From: Lachnospiraceae bacterium
GTDB taxonomy: Bacteria > Bacillota > Clostridia > Lachnospirales > Lachnospiraceae
DNA length: 64,000 nt
Assembly (NCBI GenBank): GCA_009774375.1
Contig: VSNO01000005.1
Coordinates: forward strand, 1,816 to 65,815
Direction of reading: 5' to 3'
Below are positions 9,002 to 20,489 of this stretch, one piece after another (position 1 is the stretch's first letter; each line of letters starts with the position of its first letter). Made by a program: the position numbers and the translations under genes. The notes under the pieces are model-generated. The model was given only the letters and a program-made list of their open reading frames with translations, did not search any database and had not been told where the DNA came from.

Positions 9002-10292
9002 AAAATACTTCCGCCAGGCGGATCAGGTATCCGATATCCGCCGCCCCGCCTGTCTCATAGGCGGAGTGCATGGCAAGCTGCGGCAGCCCGATATCCGCTG
9101 CCGCCATGGATACCTGCGCCATCGCCAGATTGCCAAGCGTCGAACCACCCGGTATATCCGAGTGGTTTGCGTATGTCTGGAGCGGAATGTCATTTTTACT
9201 GCACAGATTCCTGACATATGCCGCAGAGTACGCATCCGTCGCATATTTCTGTCCGCCGTGGTATTTGAGCACCACTCCCCTGTTCAGATACGGACGGTTT
9301 GTCAGATCTGCCTTTCCTCCCTGATTCGGGTGGCACGCGTGCCCGTTGTCAGCGCTGAGCATGAAGCTGTCCGCCTTCCATGTGCGGCAGACGTTTGCGC
9401 TGACACCCAGCCCGTCCGCGATATTTTCCAGCGTGTCCCGGAAAAACGTCGAGTCCGCCCCCTGTCTTGTGAGGCTTCCCACCTCCTCATTGTCAAACAC
9501 GGCGAACACATCAATATAGCGTTCTGACCGTTTTCCGGCGATCCCCTTAAGTCCCGCAAAGACACACGCAAGATCGTCGAAGCGCGGCGCCATGACCATC
9601 TCGTCCTCCGCCCCCGCGAGAACCGCTTTCTCACAGTTCTCCACAAACAGGTCGCAGGACAATACGCTGTCCGCCTTTATATCCAGCGCCTTTGCCGCCA
9701 TGGCAGCCAGCATTCCTTTCGATTTCCTCTCTCTGTCATCACAGTCTGCCGCCATCAGGAGGGGCATCATATCATTCTGCGCGCTGAGCGCCACACCATT
9801 GTTCGTATCCCTGTTCATATGGATCGCCAGGCTTGGTATCACACAGATATTGTCCTTCAGCCTCACCAGGCGGGATACGATCTCACCGTCCTCCTCCACG
9901 CAGACCCGCCCCGCGATCGTGAGCGGTCTGTCAAGCCACGTGGATAAGATCATCCCGCCGTACTTTTCCGTATTGACGCTGACATAGCCCCCCTCCTTCT
10001 CGATCTCCGGATTCTCCTTGACCTTGAACGCCGGGGAGTCCGAGTGCGCCGCGTACACATGATATCCCCTGATCTCATGCACATCGCATTCCGGCACGCG
10101 AAATGCGATCACAGACGAGTCATTGCGGATCACAAAATGGTCCCCTCCCGCTTCCAGAGACCATACTTTCTTCTCCGAGAGCTCTGTAAAACCTTTTTGC
10201 AGCAATTCTCTCCTGATGTTGTCCACCGCATGATAGCTTGTCAGGCTGTTGTCCAGAAACGCCATCAATCCCTCTATATGATCACCCTGCAT
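8991..10292 (-). CDS. M18-family aminopeptidase
   Basis: Sequence LTSYHAV...HSDSPAFKVKENP...GGSTLGN is typical of M18 aminopeptidases. Start set at MQGDHIEG (ATG 10292) with GGAGG SD 6 nt upstream. Confidence 0.85.
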   Translation of the reverse strand: MQGDHIEGLMAFLDNSLTSYHAVDNIRRELLQKGFTELSEKKVWSLEAGGDHFVIRNDSSVIAFRVPECDVHEIRGYHVYAAHSDSPAFKVKENPEIEKEGGYVSVNTEKYGGMILSTWLDRPLTIAGRVCVEEDGEIVSRLVRLKDNICVIPSLAIHMNRDTNNGVALSAQNDMMPLLMAADCDDRERKSKGMLAAMAAKALDIKADSVLSCDLFVENCEKAVLAGAEDEMVMAPRFDDLACVFAGLKGIAGKRSERYIDVFAVFDNEEVGSLTRQGADSTFFRDTLENIADGLGVSANVCRTWKADSFMLSADNGHACHPNQGGKADLTNRPYLNRGVVLKYHGGQKYATDAYSAAYVRNLCSKNDIPLQTYANHSDIPGGSTLGNLAMAQVSMAAADIGLPQLAMHSAYETGGAADIGYLIRLAEVFFSE

Positions 10293-10325
10293 CTTAAACC
10301 TCCATTCAATATTTATCTGCATCAC

Positions 10326-11681
10326 TCAGATCAGATCGATCGCCTCGCCGATCCCCCCGACACCGATGATCCTGATACCATCTGTTCTGTCCATCCCTTC
10401 CAGATTGACTCTCGGCATGACCACCGTCTCATAGCCGAGCTTTTTTGCCTCCTGTACCCGCTGCTGCGCCATGCTCACAGCGCGCACCTCACCGCTGAGC
10501 CCCACCTCGCCAAAGACGATCATCCGCTCGTCGATGGCGCGGTTCTTAAAACTGGAAACGATCGCCATGATCAGCCCCAGATCGATCGCCGGCTCGCTGA
10601 TCTTCATACCGCCCGCAATGTTCACATAGGCATCGCAGTCCCCGATCTGCAGGCCCAGCCGTTTCTCCAGCACTGCCATCAGGAGATTGACCCTGTTGAA
10701 ATCCGTGCCCGTCGTCTGACGCCGCGGTATTCCGAAATTCGTCCTGCACACGAGCGCCTGTATCTCTATCAATATGGGTCTGGTGCCTTCCACGGAGCAG
10801 ACCACGACAGAACCGCTCGCCCCCGCCGGCTTCCCGCTCAGCATATACTCCGAAGGGTTCTCCACCTCTATCAGCCCTTCCTTGCGCATCTCGAAGACCC
10901 CGATCTCGTTGGTGGAGCCAAAGCGGTTCTTGACACCGCGCAGGATCCTGTAGGAAGCATATCTGTCGCCCTCAAAATACAGCACCGTATCAACCATATG
11001 TTCCAGCACACGCGGACCCGCAACGGTTCCTTCCTTTGTCACATGGCCCACGATAAAGATCGACGTCCCCGTCCCCTTTGCAAGCTGCAGAAAGACATTC
11101 GTCGCCTCCCGCACCTGGGACACGCTGCCCGGCGCCGAGGACACAGACTCCTGATACATCGTCTGGATCGAGTCGATGACAACGATCTCCGGCTCCGTGT
11201 GGCGGATCGTCTCCTCCACGATGCCCAGATCCGTCTCGCACAGGAGCAGCATCGAATCCTGAAAATCACCGATCCGTACCGCCCTGAGCTTGATCTGCTT
11301 CAGGGATTCCTCCCCTGATATATACAGGACCTTTCTCCCTGCATTGGCGAGCAGCCTGCACATCTGCAGCAAAAGTGTGGACTTCCCGATCCCGGGATCG
11401 CCCCCCACCAGCGTCAGGGATCCGTGCATGATCCCCCCGCCAAGCACACGGTCAAGCTCTGCGATGCCGGTGTGCATGCGCTCCTCCTCCCCCATCGAGA
11501 TCGAGCCGATCCTGACAGGCTTTGCCGCCTCCCGGAACGGCGTGATCTTGCCGCCCGCCGCACTCGTTTTTTCCTCCACGAACGTGTTCCATTTCTTACA
11601 TGCCGGACACTGCCCCATCCACTTGGAAGACTCATGCCCACACTCCTGACAGAAAAAAACAGTTGTACTCTTTTTTGCCAT
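10326..11681 (-). CDS. radA: DNA repair protein RadA/Sms
   Basis: N-terminal zinc ribbon FFCQECGHESSKWMGQCPACKKWNTF, Walker A GGDPGIGKST, and a Lon-like C-terminal domain. Confidence 0.95.
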   Translation of the reverse strand: MAKKSTTVFFCQECGHESSKWMGQCPACKKWNTFVEEKTSAAGGKITPFREAAKPVRIGSISMGEEERMHTGIAELDRVLGGGIMHGSLTLVGGDPGIGKSTLLLQMCRLLANAGRKVLYISGEESLKQIKLRAVRIGDFQDSMLLLCETDLGIVEETIRHTEPEIVVIDSIQTMYQESVSSAPGSVSQVREATNVFLQLAKGTGTSIFIVGHVTKEGTVAGPRVLEHMVDTVLYFEGDRYASYRILRGVKNRFGSTNEIGVFEMRKEGLIEVENPSEYMLSGKPAGASGSVVVCSVEGTRPILIEIQALVCRTNFGIPRRQTTGTDFNRVNLLMAVLEKRLGLQIGDCDAYVNIAGGMKISEPAIDLGLIMAIVSSFKNRAIDERMIVFGEVGLSGEVRAVSMAQQRVQEAKKLGYETVVMPRVNLEGMDRTDGIRIIGVGGIGEAIDLI

Positions 11682-11742
11682 GAAAACCTCCTATCAGGCG
11701 CGGGCAGTGGATCACTCTCTCCACTGCCGGGCGCACCACATA

Positions 11743-11770
11743 AGAAACCTCCTCAGATGAGGAGGTTTCT
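11743..11770 (-). terminator. Stem-loop AGAAACCTCCTC-AGAT-GAGGAGGTTTCT with flanking T/A runs
   Basis: 12-bp perfect stem 20 nt downstream of the 11790 stop. A second hairpin GGCAGTGG...CCACTGCC lies at 11703..11728. Confidence 0.6.
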
Positions 11771-11789
11771 TTATTCCAAATCCTATTAT

Positions 11790-12203
11790 CTATTTTTTTA
11801 TGATCTTCACATCAACCTCGCCCGAGCCTTCGAGCTCCACGCTGATGCTGAGCTTTCCGGAAAGGTTCGTCTTCATGACGCCCGCACTCTCCCCTGCCAC
11901 GATCACCTCATACTCGGAATCATCTGCCGCGCCGATCGTGATCTGCGCGTCCTGACTTCCCTCAACCGTAAAAGATATGCCGTTTTCGTTTTCACAAAAA
12001 TCGTGAACGGAGGTACCCGGAACCGATTCATATAGAAACAAACCGTTTTTTTCCAGCTTGGTCATCTCGTGAAAGGTCTTCACTTTGTACATGTCCCCGG
12101 AATGCTCATAATCCTCAAGCTTTGCCTTTGCCGCCAGCTCGTGATTCCCAAAGCTGATATTTCCGTTACTCTCGGAACGTAGCAATTCATCAATTACTGC
12201 CAT
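11790..12203 (-). CDS. Hypothetical protein (137 aa) between clpC and radA
   Basis: Clean ORF with GGAGGA SD and coding-like composition. No family recognised. Confidence 0.6.
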   Translation of the reverse strand: MAVIDELLRSESNGNISFGNHELAAKAKLEDYEHSGDMYKVKTFHEMTKLEKNGLFLYESVPGTSVHDFCENENGISFTVEGSQDAQITIGAADDSEYEVIVAGESAGVMKTNLSGKLSISVELEGSGEVDVKIIKK

Positions 12204-12290
12204 TTCATTTGTCCTCCTAAGAATTTTTAAGAATTAAATTTTGTTTACACTATCATCATAAACTATATCACTGTCTTTTTCCACAGATTT

Positions 12291-14756
<2,466 letters not shown>

Positions 14757-14810
14757 GTCTTCTATGCCTCCATGTAATCTCTGAATTTTATTTAATATTT
14801 TCTGACAGTC

Positions 14811-15182
14811 TCACTCCTCATAGCCTTCGTAGATCTCGTCGATCAGGGCATGCACTTCTTCCCTGGATATCTGCTTACAGCTGCTCTTTGCCAGCAGCAC
14901 CTGCATATCGCGCTTCAGATCCTCCTTCGCCTGCATCTTATCGATATCGATCGCGATCACCGCGCCTTTTCTCCGGTCCACCTTCACAAACCCCTCCTGC
15001 TTCAGCACAGAATATGCCTTGTTGACCGTGTGCATGTTGATGCCGATCGTATCTGCAAGCTGTCTCACGGAAGGAAGCGTGTCGCCCTCCTGGAACTGGG
15101 ACGTGGCTATCCCGATGATGATCTGGTTGCGCAGCTGTAGATAAAGGGCCTCATCACTGTTAAAATCAATCTCTATATACAT
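14811..15182 (-). CDS. Short GntR-family (YhcF-like) transcriptional regulator
   Basis: LYLQLRNQI...GDTLPSVRQLADTIGINMHTVNKAYSVLKQEGFV winged-helix motif. Start set at MYIEIDF (ATG 15182) after GGAAGGAG. Confidence 0.85.
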   Translation of the reverse strand: MYIEIDFNSDEALYLQLRNQIIIGIATSQFQEGDTLPSVRQLADTIGINMHTVNKAYSVLKQEGFVKVDRRKGAVIAIDIDKMQAKEDLKRDMQVLLAKSSCKQISREEVHALIDEIYEGYEE

Positions 15183-15276
15183 TTGTTCCCACGCTCCTTC
15201 CATTTCCCAGCTGTTATATAGATTGTAGCACACTGATCATATGTATACAAGAGGGATTATGAATTTTAAAAAAAAC

Positions 15277-15299
15277 TGTCTGACTGCTGCAGCCAGACA
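15277..15299. terminator. Bidirectional-looking terminator hairpin flanked by A8 and T7 runs
   Basis: aaaaaaaacTGTCTGACTGC-t-GCAGCCAGACAagttttttt (one mismatch), immediately downstream of the 15320 stop. Confidence 0.7.
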
Positions 15300-15319
15300 A
15301 GTTTTTTTCATTTTCCGCC

Positions 15320-16891
15320 CTATTCAATATCCATAAAATCCATGTCATCATCTTCCAGGAGGTTCTTTGCCTTATATCCCTTCTGTGCCTGCCCCTTATC
15401 GTTTGAAACCCTTTCATTCTGCGACTGGGGGCGCCTTGGAGGCTGCTGTCCCTGCGGGCGTCTCTGAGGCTGCCCCTGCGGCCTCGCAGCGCCGTTGCCG
15501 GAAATATTTCCTCCCTGCGGACGTCTCTGAGGCTGCCCCTGCGCATTTCCCTGCGGCGCGCTGTTCGAAGGACTTCCCTGCGGACGTCTTGGAGGCTGCT
15601 GGCTCTGTGGATGCCTCGGAGGCTGCTGGCCCTGCGGGCGTCTCGGGGGCTGGCCCTGCGGCGCATTGCCGGAAGCCGCTCCCTGCGGGCGTCTCACCGG
15701 CTGTGCTCCCTGGGGACGTCTCACCGGCTGAGGCTCATCATCTTCCAGATCTTCCAGATCTTCCAGGTCTTCTATATCGTCATCCTGATCATCGTCATCA
15801 TCATAACCGCTGTACCTCTTATAAGAAGTCCCCCGTCCCTTGAGCTTGATCAGCAGCAGCCCGATCACTGCCACCAGTATCACGATGATGACAACGAGAA
15901 CGATCACCGGGATCAGTCCGGAGGCAGCCAGACCTTCCTCCGGAGGCGTAACGCCATCCGTCGTATAGACATATCTCTGATAGATATGGTTCTCCGCGTC
16001 GAAGAGGAACCATCCCTGCTCCCCGTTCTGCTTCTGTCCATAGAAGATCAGGAATGCCCCGTTTTTATATGCATTGTATCCCTGTCCATCCGCACTGAGC
16101 GTGATCAGCTCGAATCCAGGCATGATATACGGAACCTCGTCCACATTCATGGGAATGACATTATTATTGTCGGTCTGGGGCGTCTCAGCCGGCTGCTCTG
16201 GCGGCTGTTCCTCCGGCGGCGTCTCCGCGGGCGGCTGTTCCTCCCCCGCTCCCTCCCCTGTGATCTGCGATGTCGCGGGATCGTTCGGGACATTGTCCGT
16301 CGTCACCAGGTCGGAGCGGATAAAACCGTCCTTCTCCTCGTTGTTGTAAGTGAACGTCACCTGATACCACTTCTTGCCGTCTGCGCCGTCTGCCTCGCCG
16401 ACTACCGTCAGTATCATTCCCCGGTTCACCTTGGCTCTCGATGCAGAACTCGTGGAGGCGCTCACCCTGATATTCGTGTTGTTGCTTATGACGCTGACCT
16501 GCCTCGGATCCACCGGGTTCGCCGTGGTGGTCGTCGTATCCGCAGGCTGCTGCGTCGAGGCCGCGCCGCCCTGTGTCGTCGGTATATCCGCTCCGTCCGG
16601 CACTTTGATCAGATCGCTTCTGATGTAGCCCTTCTGATCGGAATTCACATACACCTGATACCATGTATTGTTGTCCGTCCCGGAGGTCTTGCTGATGATA
16701 TCGATCTTCTTTCCCGATGGCACGCTTGCAAGTTTCTCACTGTTAGGGTCTGCCGCCGCCCTGATCACCGCGCTCTTCGCGATCACTGTACCCTGTACGT
16801 CGGCAAGACAGACCATACCGATACTCAGCACCATGCAGAAGAGCATCAGTGCCAGTATGTGCTTTATCCCGTTTCTTTTGTTCTTTTTCAT
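15320..16891 (-). CDS. SH3b-domain membrane protein with acidic and Pro/Gln/Arg-rich repetitive C-terminal tail
   Basis: Signal/TM segment, then two SH3b-like segments (WYQVYVNSDQKGYIRSDLI and WYQVTFTYNNEEKDGFIRSDLV), a TM helix LIPVIVLVVIIVILVAVIGLLLI, then the tail. Start at MKKNKRNG (ATG 16891, AGGAG SD). Confidence 0.75.
   Translation of the reverse strand: MKKNKRNGIKHILALMLFCMVLSIGMVCLADVQGTVIAKSAVIRAAADPNSEKLASVPSGKKIDIISKTSGTDNNTWYQVYVNSDQKGYIRSDLIKVPDGADIPTTQGGAASTQQPADTTTTTANPVDPRQVSVISNNTNIRVSASTSSASRAKVNRGMILTVVGEADGADGKKWYQVTFTYNNEEKDGFIRSDLVTTDNVPNDPATSQITGEGAGEEQPPAETPPEEQPPEQPAETPQTDNNNVIPMNVDEVPYIMPGFELITLSADGQGYNAYKNGAFLIFYGQKQNGEQGWFLFDAENHIYQRYVYTTDGVTPPEEGLAASGLIPVIVLVVIIVILVAVIGLLLIKLKGRGTSYKRYSGYDDDDDQDDDIEDLEDLEDLEDDEPQPVRRPQGAQPVRRPQGAASGNAPQGQPPRRPQGQQPPRHPQSQQPPRRPQGSPSNSAPQGNAQGQPQRRPQGGNISGNGAARPQGQPQRRPQGQQPPRRPQSQNERVSNDKGQAQKGYKAKNLLEDDDMDFMDIE
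15413..15733 (-). repeat. In-frame degenerate coding repeats encoding (P/Q)RRPQG(Q/A)QP units
   Basis: Translated tail reads PVRRPQGAQPVRRPQGAASGN...QPPRRPQGQQPPRHPQSQQPPRRPQG...QPQRRPQG...QPQRRPQGQQPPRRPQ. It is preceded by the DDDDDQDDDIEDLEDLEDLEDDE block (15734..15802). Confidence 0.8.
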
Positions 16892-16904
16892 AATTATACT
16901 CCTG

Positions 16905-18179
16905 TCACGCCTCGTCAATCGCTTTTCCGATATCATGGCGCATATATTTATTGTCAAAGTCAACCCACTCTGTTGCAGCGTATGCGTTCGCCCTGGCTTC
17001 CCTGAGGTCTGCCCCCTTTGCCGTCACACCCAGTACACGCCCTCCGTTGGTGACAAATCTTCCGTCCTCATCCAGCTTTGTCCCCGCATGAAAACAATAG
17101 TAGCCGTCCATGCCGTCAAACCGCTCCAGCCCTCTGATCTCGAGCCCCTTGTCATATCTGACCGGGTAGCCGTCGCTCGCGAGTACGACGCAGACTGCCG
17201 CGTTGTCCTCGAACTGGAGGTCGATCGTGTCGAGCCTGCCGTCGATACACGCCTCCATGACATCGATCACGTCATTTTTCATGCGCGGGAGCACTACCTG
17301 CGCCTCGGGGTCGCCAAACCGCGCATTGTACTCCAGCACTCTCGGCCCCGCGGACGTCAGCATCAATCCAAAGAAGATGATCCCCTTAAATTCCCTTCCC
17401 TCCGCCGCCATGGCGTCAACCGTCGCCTGGTAGATATGCTTTTTGCAGTATTCATCCACCTCGGCAGTGTAGAACGGGCTCGGCGAAAATGTACCCATAC
17501 CGCCGGTGTTCAGTCCCTGATCCCCGTCCTGCGCGCGCTTGTGATCCTGTGCAGAAGTCATCGTCCTGATCGTCTTACCGTCTACATAGGACAGCACGGA
17601 CACCTCGCGGCCTGTCATAAACTCCTCGATCACCATGCGGTTTCCAGCTGTTCCGAACTGCTTGTCCAGCATAATCGAGCGGACACCGTCCCTTGCCTCC
17701 TCCAGCGTATTGCAGATCAGCACGCCTTTTCCGAGCGCCAGGCCATCCGCCTTCAATACGATCGGAAACTTCGCCGTCTCCAGATAAGCCAGTGCCTGAT
17801 CCGCATCGTCAAAATTCTCATACGCCGCTGTCGGTATGTGGTATTTCTTCATCAGATCCTTGGAAAATGCCTTGGATCCCTCCAGGATCGCCGCATTCTT
17901 CCTCGGTCCGAACACCCGCAGTCCCTCCGCCTCAAACACATCGACCACACCGCCCACCAGCGGATCGTCCATACCGATGATCGTAAGATCGATCTGCTTT
18001 TCCTTCGCGAAGGCCACAAGCCTGTCAAACTCCATCGCACCGATCGCCACACACTCCGCGATCTGTCCGATCCCTGCGTTTCCGGGGGCACAATAGATCT
18101 TGTCGACCCTCGGGCTCTTCGCCACGCTCATGGCGATCGCATGCTCCCGTCCGCCGCTTCCTACGATTAAAACTTTCAT
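16905..18179 (-). CDS. purD: Phosphoribosylamine--glycine ligase
   Basis: MKVLIVGSGGREHAIA... is a canonical PurD N-terminus. Start at ATG 18179 with GGAG SD 6 nt upstream. Confidence 0.95.
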   Translation of the reverse strand: MKVLIVGSGGREHAIAMSVAKSPRVDKIYCAPGNAGIGQIAECVAIGAMEFDRLVAFAKEKQIDLTIIGMDDPLVGGVVDVFEAEGLRVFGPRKNAAILEGSKAFSKDLMKKYHIPTAAYENFDDADQALAYLETAKFPIVLKADGLALGKGVLICNTLEEARDGVRSIMLDKQFGTAGNRMVIEEFMTGREVSVLSYVDGKTIRTMTSAQDHKRAQDGDQGLNTGGMGTFSPSPFYTAEVDEYCKKHIYQATVDAMAAEGREFKGIIFFGLMLTSAGPRVLEYNARFGDPEAQVVLPRMKNDVIDVMEACIDGRLDTIDLQFEDNAAVCVVLASDGYPVRYDKGLEIRGLERFDGMDGYYCFHAGTKLDEDGRFVTNGGRVLGVTAKGADLREARANAYAATEWVDFDNKYMRHDIGKAIDEA

Positions 18180-18227
18180 GCCGCTCTCCATATCCTTTCT
18201 ATTCTATATCTCTCAATATCACATGAC

Positions 18228-18821
18228 TCAGAGCAGTCCGTTTGCGATTATATGGATCGCCTGCGGCAGGATCACCCACTCCGCCTGCTCCATGACGCGC
18301 TGCTGGAGTACCCTGGGCGTATCGTCCGGGAGCACCTCCACAGCCTTCTGCAGGATGATCGGCCCGGTGTCCGTCCCTTCGTCCACGAAATGCACCGTCG
18401 CGCCGGTGATCTTCACACCGCGCGCCAGAACTGCCTCGTGCACTTTCAGTCCATAGAAGCCTTTCCCGCAGAACGATGGGATCAACGACGGATGGATATT
18501 GATGATGCGCCCTTCGTACTTTTTGATCATCATCGGCGGGAGCACCACCAGAAAACCTGCCAGCACAACCAGATCCGGCTCTGCACCGTCCACGCAGGCC
18601 AGAAGCGCCTCGTTGAAACATTCCCTGTCCTCATAATCCTTCGGCGACACGGCAGCAGCATCGATTCCCCTGCTTTTTGCGCGCTCCAGCGCATATGCCC
18701 CTCTGTTGTTGCTGATCACTCTCACGATCTGCGCATTTGTGATCTTTCCTGTATCGATGGCGTCCATGACTGCCTGAAGGTTCGTACCGCCGCCGGACAC
18801 GCACACACATATTCTCAGCAT
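18228..18821 (-). CDS. purN: Phosphoribosylglycinamide formyltransferase
   Basis: [17 protein letters not shown]...NIHPSLIP motif. AAGGGAG SD upstream. Overlaps the purM end by 7 nt. Confidence 0.95.
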   Translation of the reverse strand: MLRICVCVSGGGTNLQAVMDAIDTGKITNAQIVRVISNNRGAYALERAKSRGIDAAAVSPKDYEDRECFNEALLACVDGAEPDLVVLAGFLVVLPPMMIKKYEGRIINIHPSLIPSFCGKGFYGLKVHEAVLARGVKITGATVHFVDEGTDTGPIILQKAVEVLPDDTPRVLQQRVMEQAEWVILPQAIHIIANGLL

Positions 18822-19840
18822 ATCGTTACTCCCTTTTCGCCATCCCTGATCTCCCCGATCACATAGCACGTCTCGCCGGCTGCCCTGACTGCCTCCATCG
18901 CCTTATCGGCATCGGCGTCGTCGACCGCCACGATCATGCCGACCCCCATGTTGTATGTATTGTACATCATATGTTCCTCAATGCCGCCCTTCTCCTGCAG
19001 CAGTCTGAAAATCGCCGGAACCTCATAGCTGTCCTTCCTGATCACCGCATGCACGCCGTCGTGGAGCATCCTCGGCACATTCTCATAGAATCCGCCGCCC
19101 GTGATATGGCTGCACGCCTTGATCGTGACACCGTTGTCCCTGATGCTCTTCAGCGCGTTCACGTAGATGATCGTTGGCTCGATCAATGCCTCGCCGAGCG
19201 TCTTTCCCAGCTCATCATAGTATGTATCCAGACTCTCCTTCGTCATCTCAAACACTTTTCTGACAAGGGAAAAGCCGTTGCTGTGCACGCCGCTCGATGC
19301 GATGCCGATCAGCACATCGCCTGCCCTGAGATCCGCACCTGTGATCAGATCCTTCTCGTCGACCACACCCACTGCAAATCCCGCAAGGTCATACTCATCC
19401 TCCGGCATCAGTCCCGGATGCTCCGCAGTCTCGCCGCCGATCAGTGCAGCGCCGCACTGCCTGCAGCCCTCCGCCACCCCTTTCACGATCGTCGCGATCT
19501 TGACCGGCTCATTTTTCCCACAGGCAATATAATCGAGGAAGAACAGCGGCTCACCGCCCGCACATGCGATATCGTTGACACACATCGCCACACAGTCTAT
19601 GCCGACCGTATCGTGCTTATCCATCAAAAATGCCAGCTTGATCTTGGTCCCGACCCCGTCCGTACCTGAGACGAGCGTCGGTCTTTCCATCTTCTTGACC
19701 GCCTCCAGGGAGAATGCTCCAGAGAAACCGCCGATCCCGCCGAGCACCTCCGGACGCATCGTCTCCTTCACGTACTTCTTCATAAGCTCCACTGACTGAT
19801 ATCCAGCCTCGATATCAACACCCGCGTTCTTGTAATCCAT
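18815..19840 (-). CDS. purM: Phosphoribosylformylglycinamidine cyclo-ligase (AIR synthetase)
   Basis: [14 protein letters not shown]...GTDGVGTK motif. AGGAGGA SD upstream. Confidence 0.95.
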   Translation of the reverse strand: MDYKNAGVDIEAGYQSVELMKKYVKETMRPEVLGGIGGFSGAFSLEAVKKMERPTLVSGTDGVGTKIKLAFLMDKHDTVGIDCVAMCVNDIACAGGEPLFFLDYIACGKNEPVKIATIVKGVAEGCRQCGAALIGGETAEHPGLMPEDEYDLAGFAVGVVDEKDLITGADLRAGDVLIGIASSGVHSNGFSLVRKVFEMTKESLDTYYDELGKTLGEALIEPTIIYVNALKSIRDNGVTIKACSHITGGGFYENVPRMLHDGVHAVIRKDSYEVPAIFRLLQEKGGIEEHMMYNTYNMGVGMIVAVDDADADKAMEAVRAAGETCYVIGEIRDGEKGVTIC

Positions 19841-19870
19841 AATTTCCTCCTATTATCAGTCCTGCTGTCA

Positions 19871-20380
19871 TCATTTACCGGGATATCCGCGGTATCCGGT
19901 CTCCTGCAGCTTTGCATCCTTTGCCATAACCTGTTCTTTGAGTTTCACGGCGTAGTCCTTGAGTCGTGCGAGCAGGCTGCTGTCCGACGTCGCAAGGATC
20001 TTTGCCGCGAGAAGTCCGGCATTTGCACCGCCGTTGATCGCCACTGTGGCCACCGGGATGCCCGACGGCATCTGTACGATGGAATACAGCGAATCCCGGC
20101 CGCCAAGCGATGTCGTATGCATCGGAATGCCGATGACAGGCATCGGAAAAATGGCTGCGCACATACCCGGCAGATGGGCTGCCATTCCCGCCCCGGCGAT
20201 GATCACCTTAAACCCTCTCTCCTCCGCCGTTTTCGCATACTCAAAAAACACATCCGGCTCCCTGTGTGCCGAGATGATCTTCATCTCGTAAGACACACCG
20301 AGCTCCTCCAATATATCTGCTGCCTTTGCCATGACAGGCATATCCGAATCGGAACCCATCACAATACCAACCTGTGCCAT
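19871..20380 (-). CDS. purE: 5-(carboxyamino)imidazole ribonucleotide mutase
   Basis: VGIVMGSDSDMPVM...AGMAAHLPGM is a canonical PurE motif set. Confidence 0.95.
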   Translation of the reverse strand: MAQVGIVMGSDSDMPVMAKAADILEELGVSYEMKIISAHREPDVFFEYAKTAEERGFKVIIAGAGMAAHLPGMCAAIFPMPVIGIPMHTTSLGGRDSLYSIVQMPSGIPVATVAINGGANAGLLAAKILATSDSSLLARLKDYAVKLKEQVMAKDAKLQETGYRGYPGK

Positions 20381-20426
20381 AACGAACCTCCAATATCTTC
20401 CTTTGCTTTTACCTCTAACCCCTTAT

Positions 20427-20455
20427 AGTTTACAAACAATACCCTGATACGTCAA
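20427..20455 (-). promoter_or_regulatory. Putative sigma-A promoter of purEMND (TTGACG-17-TAAACT)
   Basis: Hexamers read on the minus strand, ~45 nt upstream of the purE ATG. The leader is too short for a purine riboswitch. Confidence 0.45.
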
Positions 20456-20489
20456 CAAATTATTATAAATTTAACAAATTTCATCCGCC

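Noticed and set aside
10044-11318. 424-aa plus-strand ORF across the M18 aminopeptidase / radA region
   Set aside because: It spans two well-supported minus-strand genes, has a low-complexity Arg/His/Pro-rich translation and no SD, so it is an antisense shadow.
15611-18170. Long plus-strand ORFs 15611..17005 and 16668..18170
   Set aside because: They lie antisense to the SH3b protein and purD genes, with nonsense-like composition, so they are shadows.
20381-20489. Possible purine riboswitch or PurR box upstream of purE (also checked 56077..56265 upstream of the purF-like gene)
   Set aside because: The purE leader is only ~45 nt. Neither leader contains the conserved purine-riboswitch core or a ZTP (pfl) motif that I could recognise by eye. 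Only promoters are called. A covariance-model scan would be needed for certainty.
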